Of a DNA stretch of 64,000 bases, positions 28,107 to 37,650 are shown piece by piece; position 1 is the stretch's first letter, and each line of letters opens with the position of its first letter. The position numbers and the translations under genes are program-made. The notes beneath the pieces were generated by a model. That model was not told the origin of the DNA. It made no database searches and saw only the letters and a program-made list of their open reading frames with translations. The stretch is taken from NCBI GenBank assembly GCA_024680555.1, contig JAILCC010000019.1:166049-230048 (forward strand). Reading direction: 5' to 3'. Origin of the DNA: a bacterium (GTDB taxonomy: Bacteria; Cyanobacteriota; Vampirovibrionia; Gastranaerophilales; JAILCC01).

Positions 28107-29099
28107 ATGCCCAAATTATCAATAATCATACCGGTTTATAACCATGAAGAATATCTTGAACAATGTTTGAACTCGCTATTGGCGCAAACATATAAAAACC
28201 TTGAAATCGTTTGCATTGATGACGGCTCATCCGATAATAGCTTAAACATATTGGAAAGATACAAAACACTTGATGGCAGAATAACCGTTATAAGTCAGCA
28301 AAACCGGGGGCAATATGCTGCGAGAAATATCGGAGTAAGCCATTCAACCGGTGATTGGATAACATTTGTCGATTGCGATGACTGGGTTGATGTAAATTGC
28401 TACGAAGAATTTCATAAAGCTCTTGAAAACAATGATTTTGAGATTTTTATGTTTAACGGAACAAGCTTTACCAAAAACGAAAACAACTCCAATGATGTAT
28501 CGCTACAAGACTTTTTCTTTATAGAAAACTGGAATAAAAAAGACGGAGAACTTTGCACATTTAAGGATTGCAAAAATCCGTTTGAAGGGAATTTGTCAGT
28601 GTATAACAAAATATATAAAAGAGAGTTTCTTGAAAAATATAATTTGAAATTTGAAAAAAGTTCGTTTTTGGAAGATGAACTATATTGGATAGAAGCATTT
28701 TGCGCCGCTAAATCAATTTATCTTTGCGATAAAAGATTTTATTTTTACAGGCAGCATAAAAATTCAACTATGCACACTTTAAAAGAAAAAGTTTTTGATG
28801 TTTTTCCTGTTTTTGAAAAAATCAAACAGAAATTGATTGAATACAATTATTTCGATATGGCAAAATATGCCTTTTTACAGCACAAATTCAGACAGTTTGC
28901 TTTTTTCTTTTTTACTCTGCCCAGTGATATGCGTGAACAATTTTTCCATAATGCCAAAAATGATTTGGCTTATGAACTAAGCCACGGATACAACATGGAT
29001 ATTTTAAAAAATCTCAAAGACAACCGGCTGCTTTTTGATTTTTTGAATTTGAATTCCAATGAGTTTTTTCAAAAATATATATCTTGCGTAAAGTCCTAA
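28107..29099 (+). CDS. Glycosyltransferase family 2
   Basis: LSIIIPVYNHEEYLEQCLNSLLAQTYKNLEIVCIDDGSSDNS plus the DCDD (DxD) motif. Starts 15 nt after the giant ORF. Confidence 0.85.
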   Translation: MPKLSIIIPVYNHEEYLEQCLNSLLAQTYKNLEIVCIDDGSSDNSLNILERYKTLDGRITVISQQNRGQYAARNIGVSHSTGDWITFVDCDDWVDVNCYEEFHKALENNDFEIFMFNGTSFTKNENNSNDVSLQDFFFIENWNKKDGELCTFKDCKNPFEGNLSVYNKIYKREFLEKYNLKFEKSSFLEDELYWIEAFCAAKSIYLCDKRFYFYRQHKNSTMHTLKEKVFDVFPVFEKIKQKLIEYNYFDMAKYAFLQHKFRQFAFFFFTLPSDMREQFFHNAKNDLAYELSHGYNMDILKNLKDNRLLFDFLNLNSNEFFQKYISCVKS

Positions 29100-31420
29100 A
29101 TTTTAAAGATTAGAGTCAATATGTTCTTATTGTTTTCTCTCTTATAAGAAACCTTATCTGCCATCTCTTTTACCATATAAATTCCTAAACCGCCAAGAGG
29201 CCTGTCTTCCGGAGGTAAAGTTATATCCGGATCGGGTTTTTTAAGAGGATTATATTCTTTTCCCTCATCCGTAAACTCAAAAATGATATTGTTTTCCGAT
29301 TTGTTTAACACCGCTTCAAAAATACCGTTTCCATCCGAATACGCATAGAATGCCACGTTTGCAAATATTTCTTCGGCACACATATCGAGCTTGTTCGCAA
29401 GTTCATCGTCTATATCCCATTCTTTACAAGCACTATGGAGCCAGTCGGCAAATGCCTTATAATTTTCTTTAATGGCAGTTTGCTTAAACGATTTTGTATC
29501 ACTCATCTTTCCGTTATATTTAAAAATCAACATCGTAATATCATCGCTCTGCGGAACAGTATCGGCATATTTATGAACTGACTCTTTTACTTTTTGAGCT
29601 ATCAAGTTGACATCATCATCTTCGATAGTGTTTAAACAATCCTTTAATCTTCTTTCGCCAAACATTTTATTACTTATATTTGTAGATTCAGTTACACCGT
29701 CAGTATAAGCGTATATTATATCTCCGTGGTTTATAACTGTTTTATAAACTTCGTATTTTGCATCTTCAAAAATTCCCAAAGGAATATTCGGTTCTAATTG
29801 CAGGTATTCATAGCTTTCATTTAATCTTTTTATCAGAGGAAGATTATGACCGCAGTTAATAACAGTCAATTCACCTGTTTTTATATTTACAATACCCGCC
29901 AACATCGTAACGAAAAAGCCTTGCTTATTTGTTTCGCAAATCTTTTTGTTAATACTTTCCATCAACTGCTCTTTGCTGCAATCAACCTGAGCAAAATTGT
30001 TTATTAGTGTTTTAACAGTCATCATAAACAATGCAGCGGGAACACCTTTGCCGGAAACATCAGCAAGCAAAAACATAAATTCATTTTCATTCAAGAAAAA
30101 GAAGTCATAAAAATCGCCTCCTACTTCTTTAGCGGGTTCCATCAATGCAAAGATATCAAATTCTTTTTTCTCCGGAAACGGAGGGAAAACACTCGGCAAA
30201 CTTGAAGCTTGTATGGATTTTGCAATTGATAGTTCTGAATTTATTTTTGCCCTTTCTTGAGTAATAGATTTTATGTCTTTTGTCATTTTATCGTATGTAT
30301 CTGCCAATTGTGCAAATTCTTCAGGATTTTCAATTCTAATTTGAATATCTTCACCGTTACTGATTTTCTTCGCAATATCAATCAGCTTATCAATTGGGTT
30401 AATGATATAGTGGTTCATACTGTAGTACAAAAGGGCCGGAACTATTAGCACAACAAACAGCACAAGCAAAACCATATACATATAAAATTCATTCACGCTT
30501 TTAAACATTGCAGATTTTGGAATACATATAACCAACACCATTCCGTTGCTCATTTTCCTAAAAAAAGGAATATACTTCTTTCCCCTGTATGTTATATAGG
30601 TTATTGCGTACAAATTATCAGCATACCAAGGAATTTCTTTCAACGAATGTCCGACAAGCGCATCATTATCAAGGTTCGGATCGTTGGTTGCCATTATATA
30701 GTCATACTCAATATTACCAAGCAAGGCTATAGAGTTTTTGATTTCGCCCCCGCTTTTATACATGGAAAATGTTTTTTCAAACGGTTTCATTTTGGAAACT
30801 TCATCAATTACGGAGCTTATTTCCCAATCAACGGTAGCAATCCCGACTAACTCATTTCCGACATATATACCCGTACCGGCAGTAACCATCATTGTATAAC
30901 TGCCTTGATTTTCATAATAAGGTTTTGTCCATACAATGTTACGCTCAGGGGTAACTTTTGACATTACCTGCTTATACCAGCCCTGATTGGGGTAATCATA
31001 TTTCGCACTTTCAAAATTTCTGTCAATTACCACTTTGTTATCTTTATTTCGGTACGCATAAAAGCATACATATTTTTTTGATTTATCAACAACATACGGC
31101 TTAAACCAGATACCACCGCCCAACGTTTCGGGATAATTTTCAAAAATCCTAGTGATAACTTTATCTGTAAGTACGCCGCTCCTATCCGTTTGGTAGAATA
31201 ATCCCCCAATCAACGCCAAACTTTTTAGGTTATCTTCCATTTTGGATATCTTAGAGTTCACTTCCGTAGAAAATGAATTTATGGAAAAACCATAATTCTG
31301 AACCATAAGCTGTTTAGTTTTCATTCTGGATATTATCGTATGCAAAGCAAATGCAAACGTTAAAAACGTAAGCATTACAATTGCGGTAATAATGACTTTT
31401 GACTTAACTGTTCTAAACAT
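29096..31420 (-). CDS. Membrane sensor fusion: periplasmic Cache-like domain, HAMP, PP2C/SpoIIE phosphatase and RsbW-like HATPase (anti-sigma kinase) domain
   Basis: Two TM helices flank an extracytoplasmic domain of about 270 aa. HAMP-like linker. PP2C motifs (GGDFYDFF, ADVSGKGVPAALFM, YTDGVTE, SDDITML). C-terminal GHKL N-box/G-box (EEIFANVAFYA, GGLGIYMVKEMAD). Confidence 0.75.
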   Translation of the reverse strand: MFRTVKSKVIITAIVMLTFLTFAFALHTIISRMKTKQLMVQNYGFSINSFSTEVNSKISKMEDNLKSLALIGGLFYQTDRSGVLTDKVITRIFENYPETLGGGIWFKPYVVDKSKKYVCFYAYRNKDNKVVIDRNFESAKYDYPNQGWYKQVMSKVTPERNIVWTKPYYENQGSYTMMVTAGTGIYVGNELVGIATVDWEISSVIDEVSKMKPFEKTFSMYKSGGEIKNSIALLGNIEYDYIMATNDPNLDNDALVGHSLKEIPWYADNLYAITYITYRGKKYIPFFRKMSNGMVLVICIPKSAMFKSVNEFYMYMVLLVLFVVLIVPALLYYSMNHYIINPIDKLIDIAKKISNGEDIQIRIENPEEFAQLADTYDKMTKDIKSITQERAKINSELSIAKSIQASSLPSVFPPFPEKKEFDIFALMEPAKEVGGDFYDFFFLNENEFMFLLADVSGKGVPAALFMMTVKTLINNFAQVDCSKEQLMESINKKICETNKQGFFVTMLAGIVNIKTGELTVINCGHNLPLIKRLNESYEYLQLEPNIPLGIFEDAKYEVYKTVINHGDIIYAYTDGVTESTNISNKMFGERRLKDCLNTIEDDDVNLIAQKVKESVHKYADTVPQSDDITMLIFKYNGKMSDTKSFKQTAIKENYKAFADWLHSACKEWDIDDELANKLDMCAEEIFANVAFYAYSDGNGIFEAVLNKSENNIIFEFTDEGKEYNPLKKPDPDITLPPEDRPLGGLGIYMVKEMADKVSYKRENNKNILTLIFKI

Positions 31421-31734
31421 TATTCAAATACTAAAAATTTATCAAAACCTACAATTTTAAAAGAACCCATCAATTGTTCGGAAACATTTTTGAGTTTCAA
31501 AACACCATTTTGCGTTTTCAACTGCTTGTACAGCTCCAACACAACTTTCAAACCGAAGCTTGAAATAAAAGTAATTTCAGCAAAATCAAGTATTACTTCC
31601 GTTATAACTTCTTCAGAATCTTCTATGGTATCCTTTATTTTTGTACCATATTCCACGGCATTATCAAGGTCTAATCTTCCTGAAGCATAAACCATTAAAC
31701 CGTTCAAACCAACATTCTTAATTATTATATCCAT
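31420..31734 (-). CDS. STAS-domain anti-sigma-factor antagonist (SpoIIAA/RsbV-like)
   Basis: Start set at ATG 31734 (MDIIIKNVG...). Has the RLD motif and ISSFGL (phosphorylatable Ser context). A TAATG overlap couples it to the phosphatase/kinase gene. Confidence 0.75.
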   Translation of the reverse strand: MDIIIKNVGLNGLMVYASGRLDLDNAVEYGTKIKDTIEDSEEVITEVILDFAEITFISSFGLKVVLELYKQLKTQNGVLKLKNVSEQLMGSFKIVGFDKFLVFE

Positions 31735-31830
31735 ACAAAACCTCTTTTTTAGTACCATAAGCTCTATAGCAATTATTACACATATTTTCAATCCGGATAT
31801 CAATCATATAATGTATTTCCGCCTATTTGT

Positions 31831-34800
31831 TTACAGGCTCTCATACCACTCTTTCAAGTCTTTTCTCTTTATTTTTCTGGTTGATGTTTTCGGCATTTCA
31901 TCTCTGTGCAATACAACAACCGTCGGCGCTTTATACGGAGCGAGATTTTCCTCCGATAACTTTTTCACTTCATCTTCAAGAATTTTTTGAAGTTCTTCAT
32001 CTGTCTTTTTAAGCAATTCGTCAGACGGAGTGATTATTGCTCCGACTTCTTCGGTACCCGCTTTGTTACCGAATTTTATGGTCAATGCCATAACGCAAAC
32101 TTCTTTTATCAAAGATGAATTTTCAAGTACAGCTTCAACTTCTTCGGGGAATATTTTTTTGCCGCCGCCGAGAACTATCATATTTTTTATTCTTCCCGTA
32201 ATTTTGATATAGCCCAGTCTGTCTATTTCACCTATATCCCCTGTATGGAACCAACCATCCTCATCTATCACTTCTGCCGTCATTTCCGGTTTTCCGTAAT
32301 AACCTTGCATAACGTTCGGACCTGTTGCCAAAATTTCTCCGTTATCCGCAATTTTAACTTTTACAGACGGCAAAGGCTGTCCGACAGTGCCGATTTTGGA
32401 ATGTCCGTATCTGTTTGTTGATATCGTGGGTGAAGTTTCCGTAAGTCCGTAGCCTTGGAATACCGGAATACCAATTCTATCAAAAAATTCCGCTACGCTA
32501 TCTTCCAATGGTGCACCGCCGCATATAAAGCACTCAAGTCTACCGCCTAAGCCATCTATGACGGACTTGAACATTATGCGTCTGATTTTTCTCGGCATAA
32601 ATTTTGCAATTTTATACATAATATCAAAAGCTTTTTTAGCAGGTTGCGGCTGTTTATTTATCTGCTTTTCGATACTGTTTTTAAGCATTTTGGCAACCAG
32701 AGGAACAACTATCATATTTGTTATTCCCTTTTCTTTCATAGTAGATGTAAGCTCTTTAGGGTTTAATGATTTAATATATATGACTTTAGCGCCCATATAC
32801 AACATCCCGAAAAAGCCGCAATCAAGCTCCAGTAAGTGATTTAACGGCAAAATAGATAACAGGGTATGCTCATTTGTAAGCTTAAACATCTGTTCAAAAT
32901 CACGAAGTTGAGAATATATATTACCAAAACTAATCATAACGCCTTTTGGATTACCTGTTGTACCTGATGTATAAACAATCAACGCTGTTTCATCCAAAGA
33001 CCTTGCCTGTCCGAGTTCTTTTTCAACATCTGCCTCAAGAGCAGAAACCGACTGGATTTTAGGATACTCTCTTTCTTCGTCATCCAATACAAAAATATGC
33101 TTAATTGATGAAACTTTCTTTTTAACCTCAAGCGCATGTTCCAAATAATGACTTGAACACAGTAAAATTTTTGGATTACAATCAGATAATATATGCGTGT
33201 GTTCCGGAACTGTGAGTTTAACATCAAGCGGAACAGTTATCGCACCCGACTGTATGGACGCAAACATACCGATTGCAAACTCAGGTCTTGATTCACAGAT
33301 TATAGCTATTCTTTCACCTTTTTGAATACCGACGGTTTCCATTAAATAATTTGCAAAGATTTTAGACCTTCTGGAAATTTCTATATAACTCAATTCTTCA
33401 TATCCATCTTTAACCTTTAGGCTGAGAGCCTTAACCTGTCCGTAAATATCACCTTTTTCCTGCATCAAATCGAGGAAGTTGGAGTGTAACTTGTGGCTGA
33501 TATTATAAAATACACGACGTTCAAGAGATTTTTTCATAAAGTTTACTCTTGTTTGAAGTTCATGCGCTATTTCTTTTTCATCTTTTTCAAAATGAGTTAT
33601 AGGCTGACCGAATTGAATTATGATAGTATTAAACAACTTGGGCAATTTCCTTGTTTTACCCCAAGATTCAAATCCGCCTTTAATCGCAAAAGGTATGATG
33701 GGAGTATCGGTAGCTTTTGCCATAAGACCAACCCCACGATTAAATTTGCACAGGTTACCATCAGGAGTAAACTTTCCTTCGGGGAAAATAATCACCGCTT
33801 CACCGTTACGCAATTTGGAATTTGCCGAATCTATAGCTTCTAAACCTTTGCCAAACTTCAAAGGCAGCACATTATAATATTTCAAAAAGTGTCGTACAAT
33901 AGGAACTTTAAATGCAGCAGGTCCGGTTATAAACCAAAGCTGTCTGCTTGTTGCCATTTGAACAATAAACGGATCAAGATGTCCCGTATGGTTTCCGGCA
34001 AGAATAACTCTGCCCTTGCGGGGGATATTTTCCGCACCCTCTACTTTATAGCGGAACAATAGCAAAAACAAACCGCCTAAAGACGATTTTAAGAAGAAAT
34101 ATCTAAACGATTTATCAAATACAAGGACTGCTACCGCTAATGCAAATGCTATAACCGCAATTCCCTTAAATATGTTCAGAGCATTTATATGACCGGTTAA
34201 GCTTGCAAATATTAAAGTTCCCGCCAAAAAACTCAACGTAGATAGTGTTAACTGAAAGCCGAACACCTTACCTCTAAACCTGTCCGGAGTAACTTTTTGC
34301 ATAATTGTATCAAGCATAATTACCAAAACGGCATCCGCAACTCCGATAGGAATAAGCCAGAACCATGCATTTGATATACTGTGGCACAAGGGAACCGTAA
34401 CCAGCGCAATACATAACGTTATAAAGCTTGCGGCAAAAAGATGAGGAACCCGAACTATCCTTGCAAAAAATATTGTTGCAAACATACCGAGAATAATTCC
34501 GCCCGCAAGAATTGTTTTTAAATAAATTAAAATTACAAAGTTCAAACCGTAATAATCTGTTATCAACGCATTTAAACTGTTGGAAAATACCGCCACAACA
34601 AATTGGATACATATCGCCAAAATAACCAAATAAAGCGCTTTTTTGTGTTGTCTGAGATAATCAAATGCTACTGCCATTCCGTTACTATTATCTTTCTTTT
34701 TATAAAAATTTTGCGCATAATTGAATTTTATTAAAAGGGTAAATATTGCCGCACCTGCATACATTAAAGCGACAATAAGCACCGCCGCATTATAGCCAAA

Positions 34801-35298
34801 ACCAATCAGGACATGAGAACCAAATATCCCCAGCAATAAAGCAACTGCGCCGATAGGAGAAGTCAGGGCATTCGCAAATTTTAATTGAGAACGGCTGACA
34901 ATGTTGGTTAGTGCTGATTTTTTAGCAGGATAGAAGAATGCTGCACCCATCCCTATCAAAAAAGCATAGGTATAAGCTGCAGCAACACCCATTTTGGGGA
35001 GAGCTAAAGCTGAAAGAACAACAAGCACTCTATAAACAGCACTATACCCCAAAACTTTTCTTCTGGAAATTTTGTCACACAACACTCCTGCCAGAGGGCT
35101 GAATAAAAATTGAGGAATTAAAAACACTATAAACAAGAATGCAACAGCCTCTCCGGGATTATTTGCCGTAGAAAAAATTATTATTGCTAGCAAAAATTGT
35201 ACAATCGCATCGGCAAAATGCGACAGTATTTGTCCGACAAAAAGTTTATCAAACTCAATATTTGCAATAGGTCCAAGCTTCTTCTTCAAATTTTCCAT
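31831..35298 (-). CDS. Triple fusion: MFS transporter (LplT-like), PlsC-type acyltransferase and AMP-dependent acyl-ACP/CoA synthetase (Aas-like)
   Basis: About 400 aa N-terminal region with 12 hydrophobic helices. Acyltransferase HX4D motif (NHTGHLD) and EGK. Adenylation motifs YTSGTTGNPKGV, GYGLTE, TGD and a C-terminal K. Confidence 0.8.
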   Translation of the reverse strand: MENLKKKLGPIANIEFDKLFVGQILSHFADAIVQFLLAIIIFSTANNPGEAVAFLFIVFLIPQFLFSPLAGVLCDKISRRKVLGYSAVYRVLVVLSALALPKMGVAAAYTYAFLIGMGAAFFYPAKKSALTNIVSRSQLKFANALTSPIGAVALLLGIFGSHVLIGFGYNAAVLIVALMYAGAAIFTLLIKFNYAQNFYKKKDNSNGMAVAFDYLRQHKKALYLVILAICIQFVVAVFSNSLNALITDYYGLNFVILIYLKTILAGGIILGMFATIFFARIVRVPHLFAASFITLCIALVTVPLCHSISNAWFWLIPIGVADAVLVIMLDTIMQKVTPDRFRGKVFGFQLTLSTLSFLAGTLIFASLTGHINALNIFKGIAVIAFALAVAVLVFDKSFRYFFLKSSLGGLFLLLFRYKVEGAENIPRKGRVILAGNHTGHLDPFIVQMATSRQLWFITGPAAFKVPIVRHFLKYYNVLPLKFGKGLEAIDSANSKLRNGEAVIIFPEGKFTPDGNLCKFNRGVGLMAKATDTPIIPFAIKGGFESWGKTRKLPKLFNTIIIQFGQPITHFEKDEKEIAHELQTRVNFMKKSLERRVFYNISHKLHSNFLDLMQEKGDIYGQVKALSLKVKDGYEELSYIEISRRSKIFANYLMETVGIQKGERIAIICESRPEFAIGMFASIQSGAITVPLDVKLTVPEHTHILSDCNPKILLCSSHYLEHALEVKKKVSSIKHIFVLDDEEREYPKIQSVSALEADVEKELGQARSLDETALIVYTSGTTGNPKGVMISFGNIYSQLRDFEQMFKLTNEHTLLSILPLNHLLELDCGFFGMLYMGAKVIYIKSLNPKELTSTMKEKGITNMIVVPLVAKMLKNSIEKQINKQPQPAKKAFDIMYKIAKFMPRKIRRIMFKSVIDGLGGRLECFICGGAPLEDSVAEFFDRIGIPVFQGYGLTETSPTISTNRYGHSKIGTVGQPLPSVKVKIADNGEILATGPNVMQGYYGKPEMTAEVIDEDGWFHTGDIGEIDRLGYIKITGRIKNMIVLGGGKKIFPEEVEAVLENSSLIKEVCVMALTIKFGNKAGTEEVGAIITPSDELLKKTDEELQKILEDEVKKLSEENLAPYKAPTVVVLHRDEMPKTSTRKIKRKDLKEWYESL

Positions 35299-35310
35299 AT
35301 ATTTTTCCTT

Positions 35311-36459
35311 CTATTTTATAAAATCATGCATATTTAATTCTAATATTTTATTGATTTCATCTTTTCCATTCGTTTCGCCAAAGATAACCGCAAAAACAGG
35401 TTTGTTAATATAATCAATTTTCCTAAAATCAAGAATTTTTGAGAAGCATTTTTTCAATGCCTCGTAATCAAAAGTTATTCTGTTTTTATCAATATCAGTA
35501 GGCGTTTCCGCCATGGCAAAATAATATATCTTACCCTCTTTATCTTTTAATATATTTTCCCAATCAGGCTTTTTATTATGCACAAAATATTCGTATATAT
35601 TTATTCCGTAAGCATAATATGCCAAATCTGTTGTACACCATCCGGCAAACCTCATCGGATTTATTTCTATAGGAACGACCTGCCCGGATGCTTTTTTTAT
35701 AACTTCAATGTGTGTTGGAAAGTTTTTGAAACCTATTTTCTGTCCGATATTATTTAATACATTTTCAAAATTGTTCAGATTATTTTCAATAATTTCTTTT
35801 GAAGAAATATATGCTCTATCGCTTACATCATCCTCACTGACAAAGGGATGTGCAAATATATTCATAATTACGGAGTGACCGTAATCATCAAAATACACAT
35901 CAATAGCAAACTCTTCCCCCTCAAGAACTTCTTCGATAATAAATTTGGAAGAATTTAAAACAGCTTCGGGAAAGTTTTTCTTAAAATCAATTATTTCTTT
36001 TTTTATTGTTTGAACCGTACCTGCCCACTCCGATGAAGAAGTTACTTTATGAACCCCCATACTCAAAAAGCCAACAGATGGTTTAATAATAAATTTTTGC
36101 GGAAGATTTTTTGTATCAACATTTTCAATTTCTTCAAGAGAAACTTCTTGAAAAAAGAAATCGGGATAAACTTCTTTTAGCACCTTCCGCATTTCATATT
36201 TGTTTTTTGAGATATTTATATATTTCGCAAGTTCCGTATCTTTATAATTATTCCAAACCCACTCGATTGAATTTTCGGAATTTGAATATACCTTATCAAA
36301 ACCTCTTCCGTCAACAAAATTCAGTCCGCAAATATCGGCAGAAGCCCTCTGAGCCACCTCGTTTTTCAAGACAGGAAAATTATTTTTTTTCATTGTTTTT
36401 AACATCAACTCTGAGACGTACGGCTCTTCTATAATAAACAATGCTTCTTTCAAGTTCAC
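35311..36459 (-). CDS. ATP-grasp domain protein, substrate unknown
   Basis: Central ATP-grasp-like segments (FIIKPSVGFLSMGVH, IIEEVLEGEEFAIDVYFD, IEINPMRFAG). Stop lies 12 nt from the start of the Aas-like fusion. Confidence 0.6.
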   Translation of the reverse strand: MNLKEALFIIEEPYVSELMLKTMKKNNFPVLKNEVAQRASADICGLNFVDGRGFDKVYSNSENSIEWVWNNYKDTELAKYINISKNKYEMRKVLKEVYPDFFFQEVSLEEIENVDTKNLPQKFIIKPSVGFLSMGVHKVTSSSEWAGTVQTIKKEIIDFKKNFPEAVLNSSKFIIEEVLEGEEFAIDVYFDDYGHSVIMNIFAHPFVSEDDVSDRAYISSKEIIENNLNNFENVLNNIGQKIGFKNFPTHIEVIKKASGQVVPIEINPMRFAGWCTTDLAYYAYGINIYEYFVHNKKPDWENILKDKEGKIYYFAMAETPTDIDKNRITFDYEALKKCFSKILDFRKIDYINKPVFAVIFGETNGKDEINKILELNMHDFIK

Positions 36460-36618
36460 TCTCCGCCTAAATTTAAAAACAAAAATTTTTATATAATTAT
36501 ATTATCATATTAGCCGTAATATAGGAATATTGTTAACTAAAGCCGAAATTCTATTTTAATTGCCTTATGTGTAAAAATCTGCTTTAATAAACATATTGGT
36601 AGAGTTTGGAGTAAAAAT

Positions 36619-37650
36619 ATGTATGATGTAGTAACTTTTGGAAGTGCAACCGTTGATATTTTTGTTGAAAGCGATAAAGCACACGTTGTAAATATCAGAG
36701 GCATCGAGGGAGAACTCGATTTATACTGTTTAAGATACGGGGAAAAGGTTGAAATCGACCACTCCTCATTTGAAATCGGCGGCGGCGCACTTAATACCGC
36801 TTCTTGTTTTTCGAAATTAGGTCTAAATGCTGCTGCAGCCGTAAAAATAGGTCAAGGTGTTAACTCAAAATCAGTAATCAAAAGGCTAAAAGAAAATAAA
36901 ATAGCAACCGATTTTGTAATGAGAACAGATGAAGAAAGAACCGGTTTTTCCATTATTTTAACAAGTTTTGAAGGTGACAGAACCGTTCTTGCCCACAGAG
37001 GGGCAAACATCACATTGAAGCCGGATGACATTGATTTTGATAAATTAAAAGAAACAAAATGGATATACTGCGCACCATTAAATTCCAAATACGGAAGCAT
37101 ATTACAGCCAATAACCGATTTTGCAGCAAAAAACAAAATAAAAATCGCTCACAACCTTGGCGGTAGAGCCTTGGACAAAAGTCTTGACGAATTAAAACCC
37201 ATATTGAAAAACCTGAATATACTTTCTTTGAATACGCAGGAAGCAACACGCATAACCGGTATTGAACAAAAATACTCACAAGAGAAAAAATCAATAATAA
37301 ACGATGATGTAAAAGAAATGCTGAAAAAATTAAAAAAATACATAAAAGACATCGTTATTATAACTGACGGTAAAAAAGGTGCATACGCTTATGACGGCAA
37401 AAAATTCTATTATGCACCGATTTTCCCGACAAAACGTATAAGTTCTCTCGGCGCAGGTGATGCGTTTGCAAGTACATTCTGTGCTGCATGTATCATGGGC
37501 AAAGATATCTTGTGTGCGTTGGAATATGCATCCATAAATTCCGGATACGTCGTAACAAAATACGGCGCACAAGAAGGTCTTTTAAAATTAAAGGACATAG
37601 AAAAAATCAAAAAAGAACATCCCGAATATTGCGCAAAGGTCGTTGACTAA
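36619..37650 (+). CDS. PfkB-family carbohydrate kinase
   Basis: N-terminal GGGALN and C-terminal SSLGAGDAFASTF (the DTxGAGD-type PfkB signature). Confidence 0.8.
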   Translation: MYDVVTFGSATVDIFVESDKAHVVNIRGIEGELDLYCLRYGEKVEIDHSSFEIGGGALNTASCFSKLGLNAAAAVKIGQGVNSKSVIKRLKENKIATDFVMRTDEERTGFSIILTSFEGDRTVLAHRGANITLKPDDIDFDKLKETKWIYCAPLNSKYGSILQPITDFAAKNKIKIAHNLGGRALDKSLDELKPILKNLNILSLNTQEATRITGIEQKYSQEKKSIINDDVKEMLKKLKKYIKDIVIITDGKKGAYAYDGKKFYYAPIFPTKRISSLGAGDAFASTFCAACIMGKDILCALEYASINSGYVVTKYGAQEGLLKLKDIEKIKKEHPEYCAKVVD

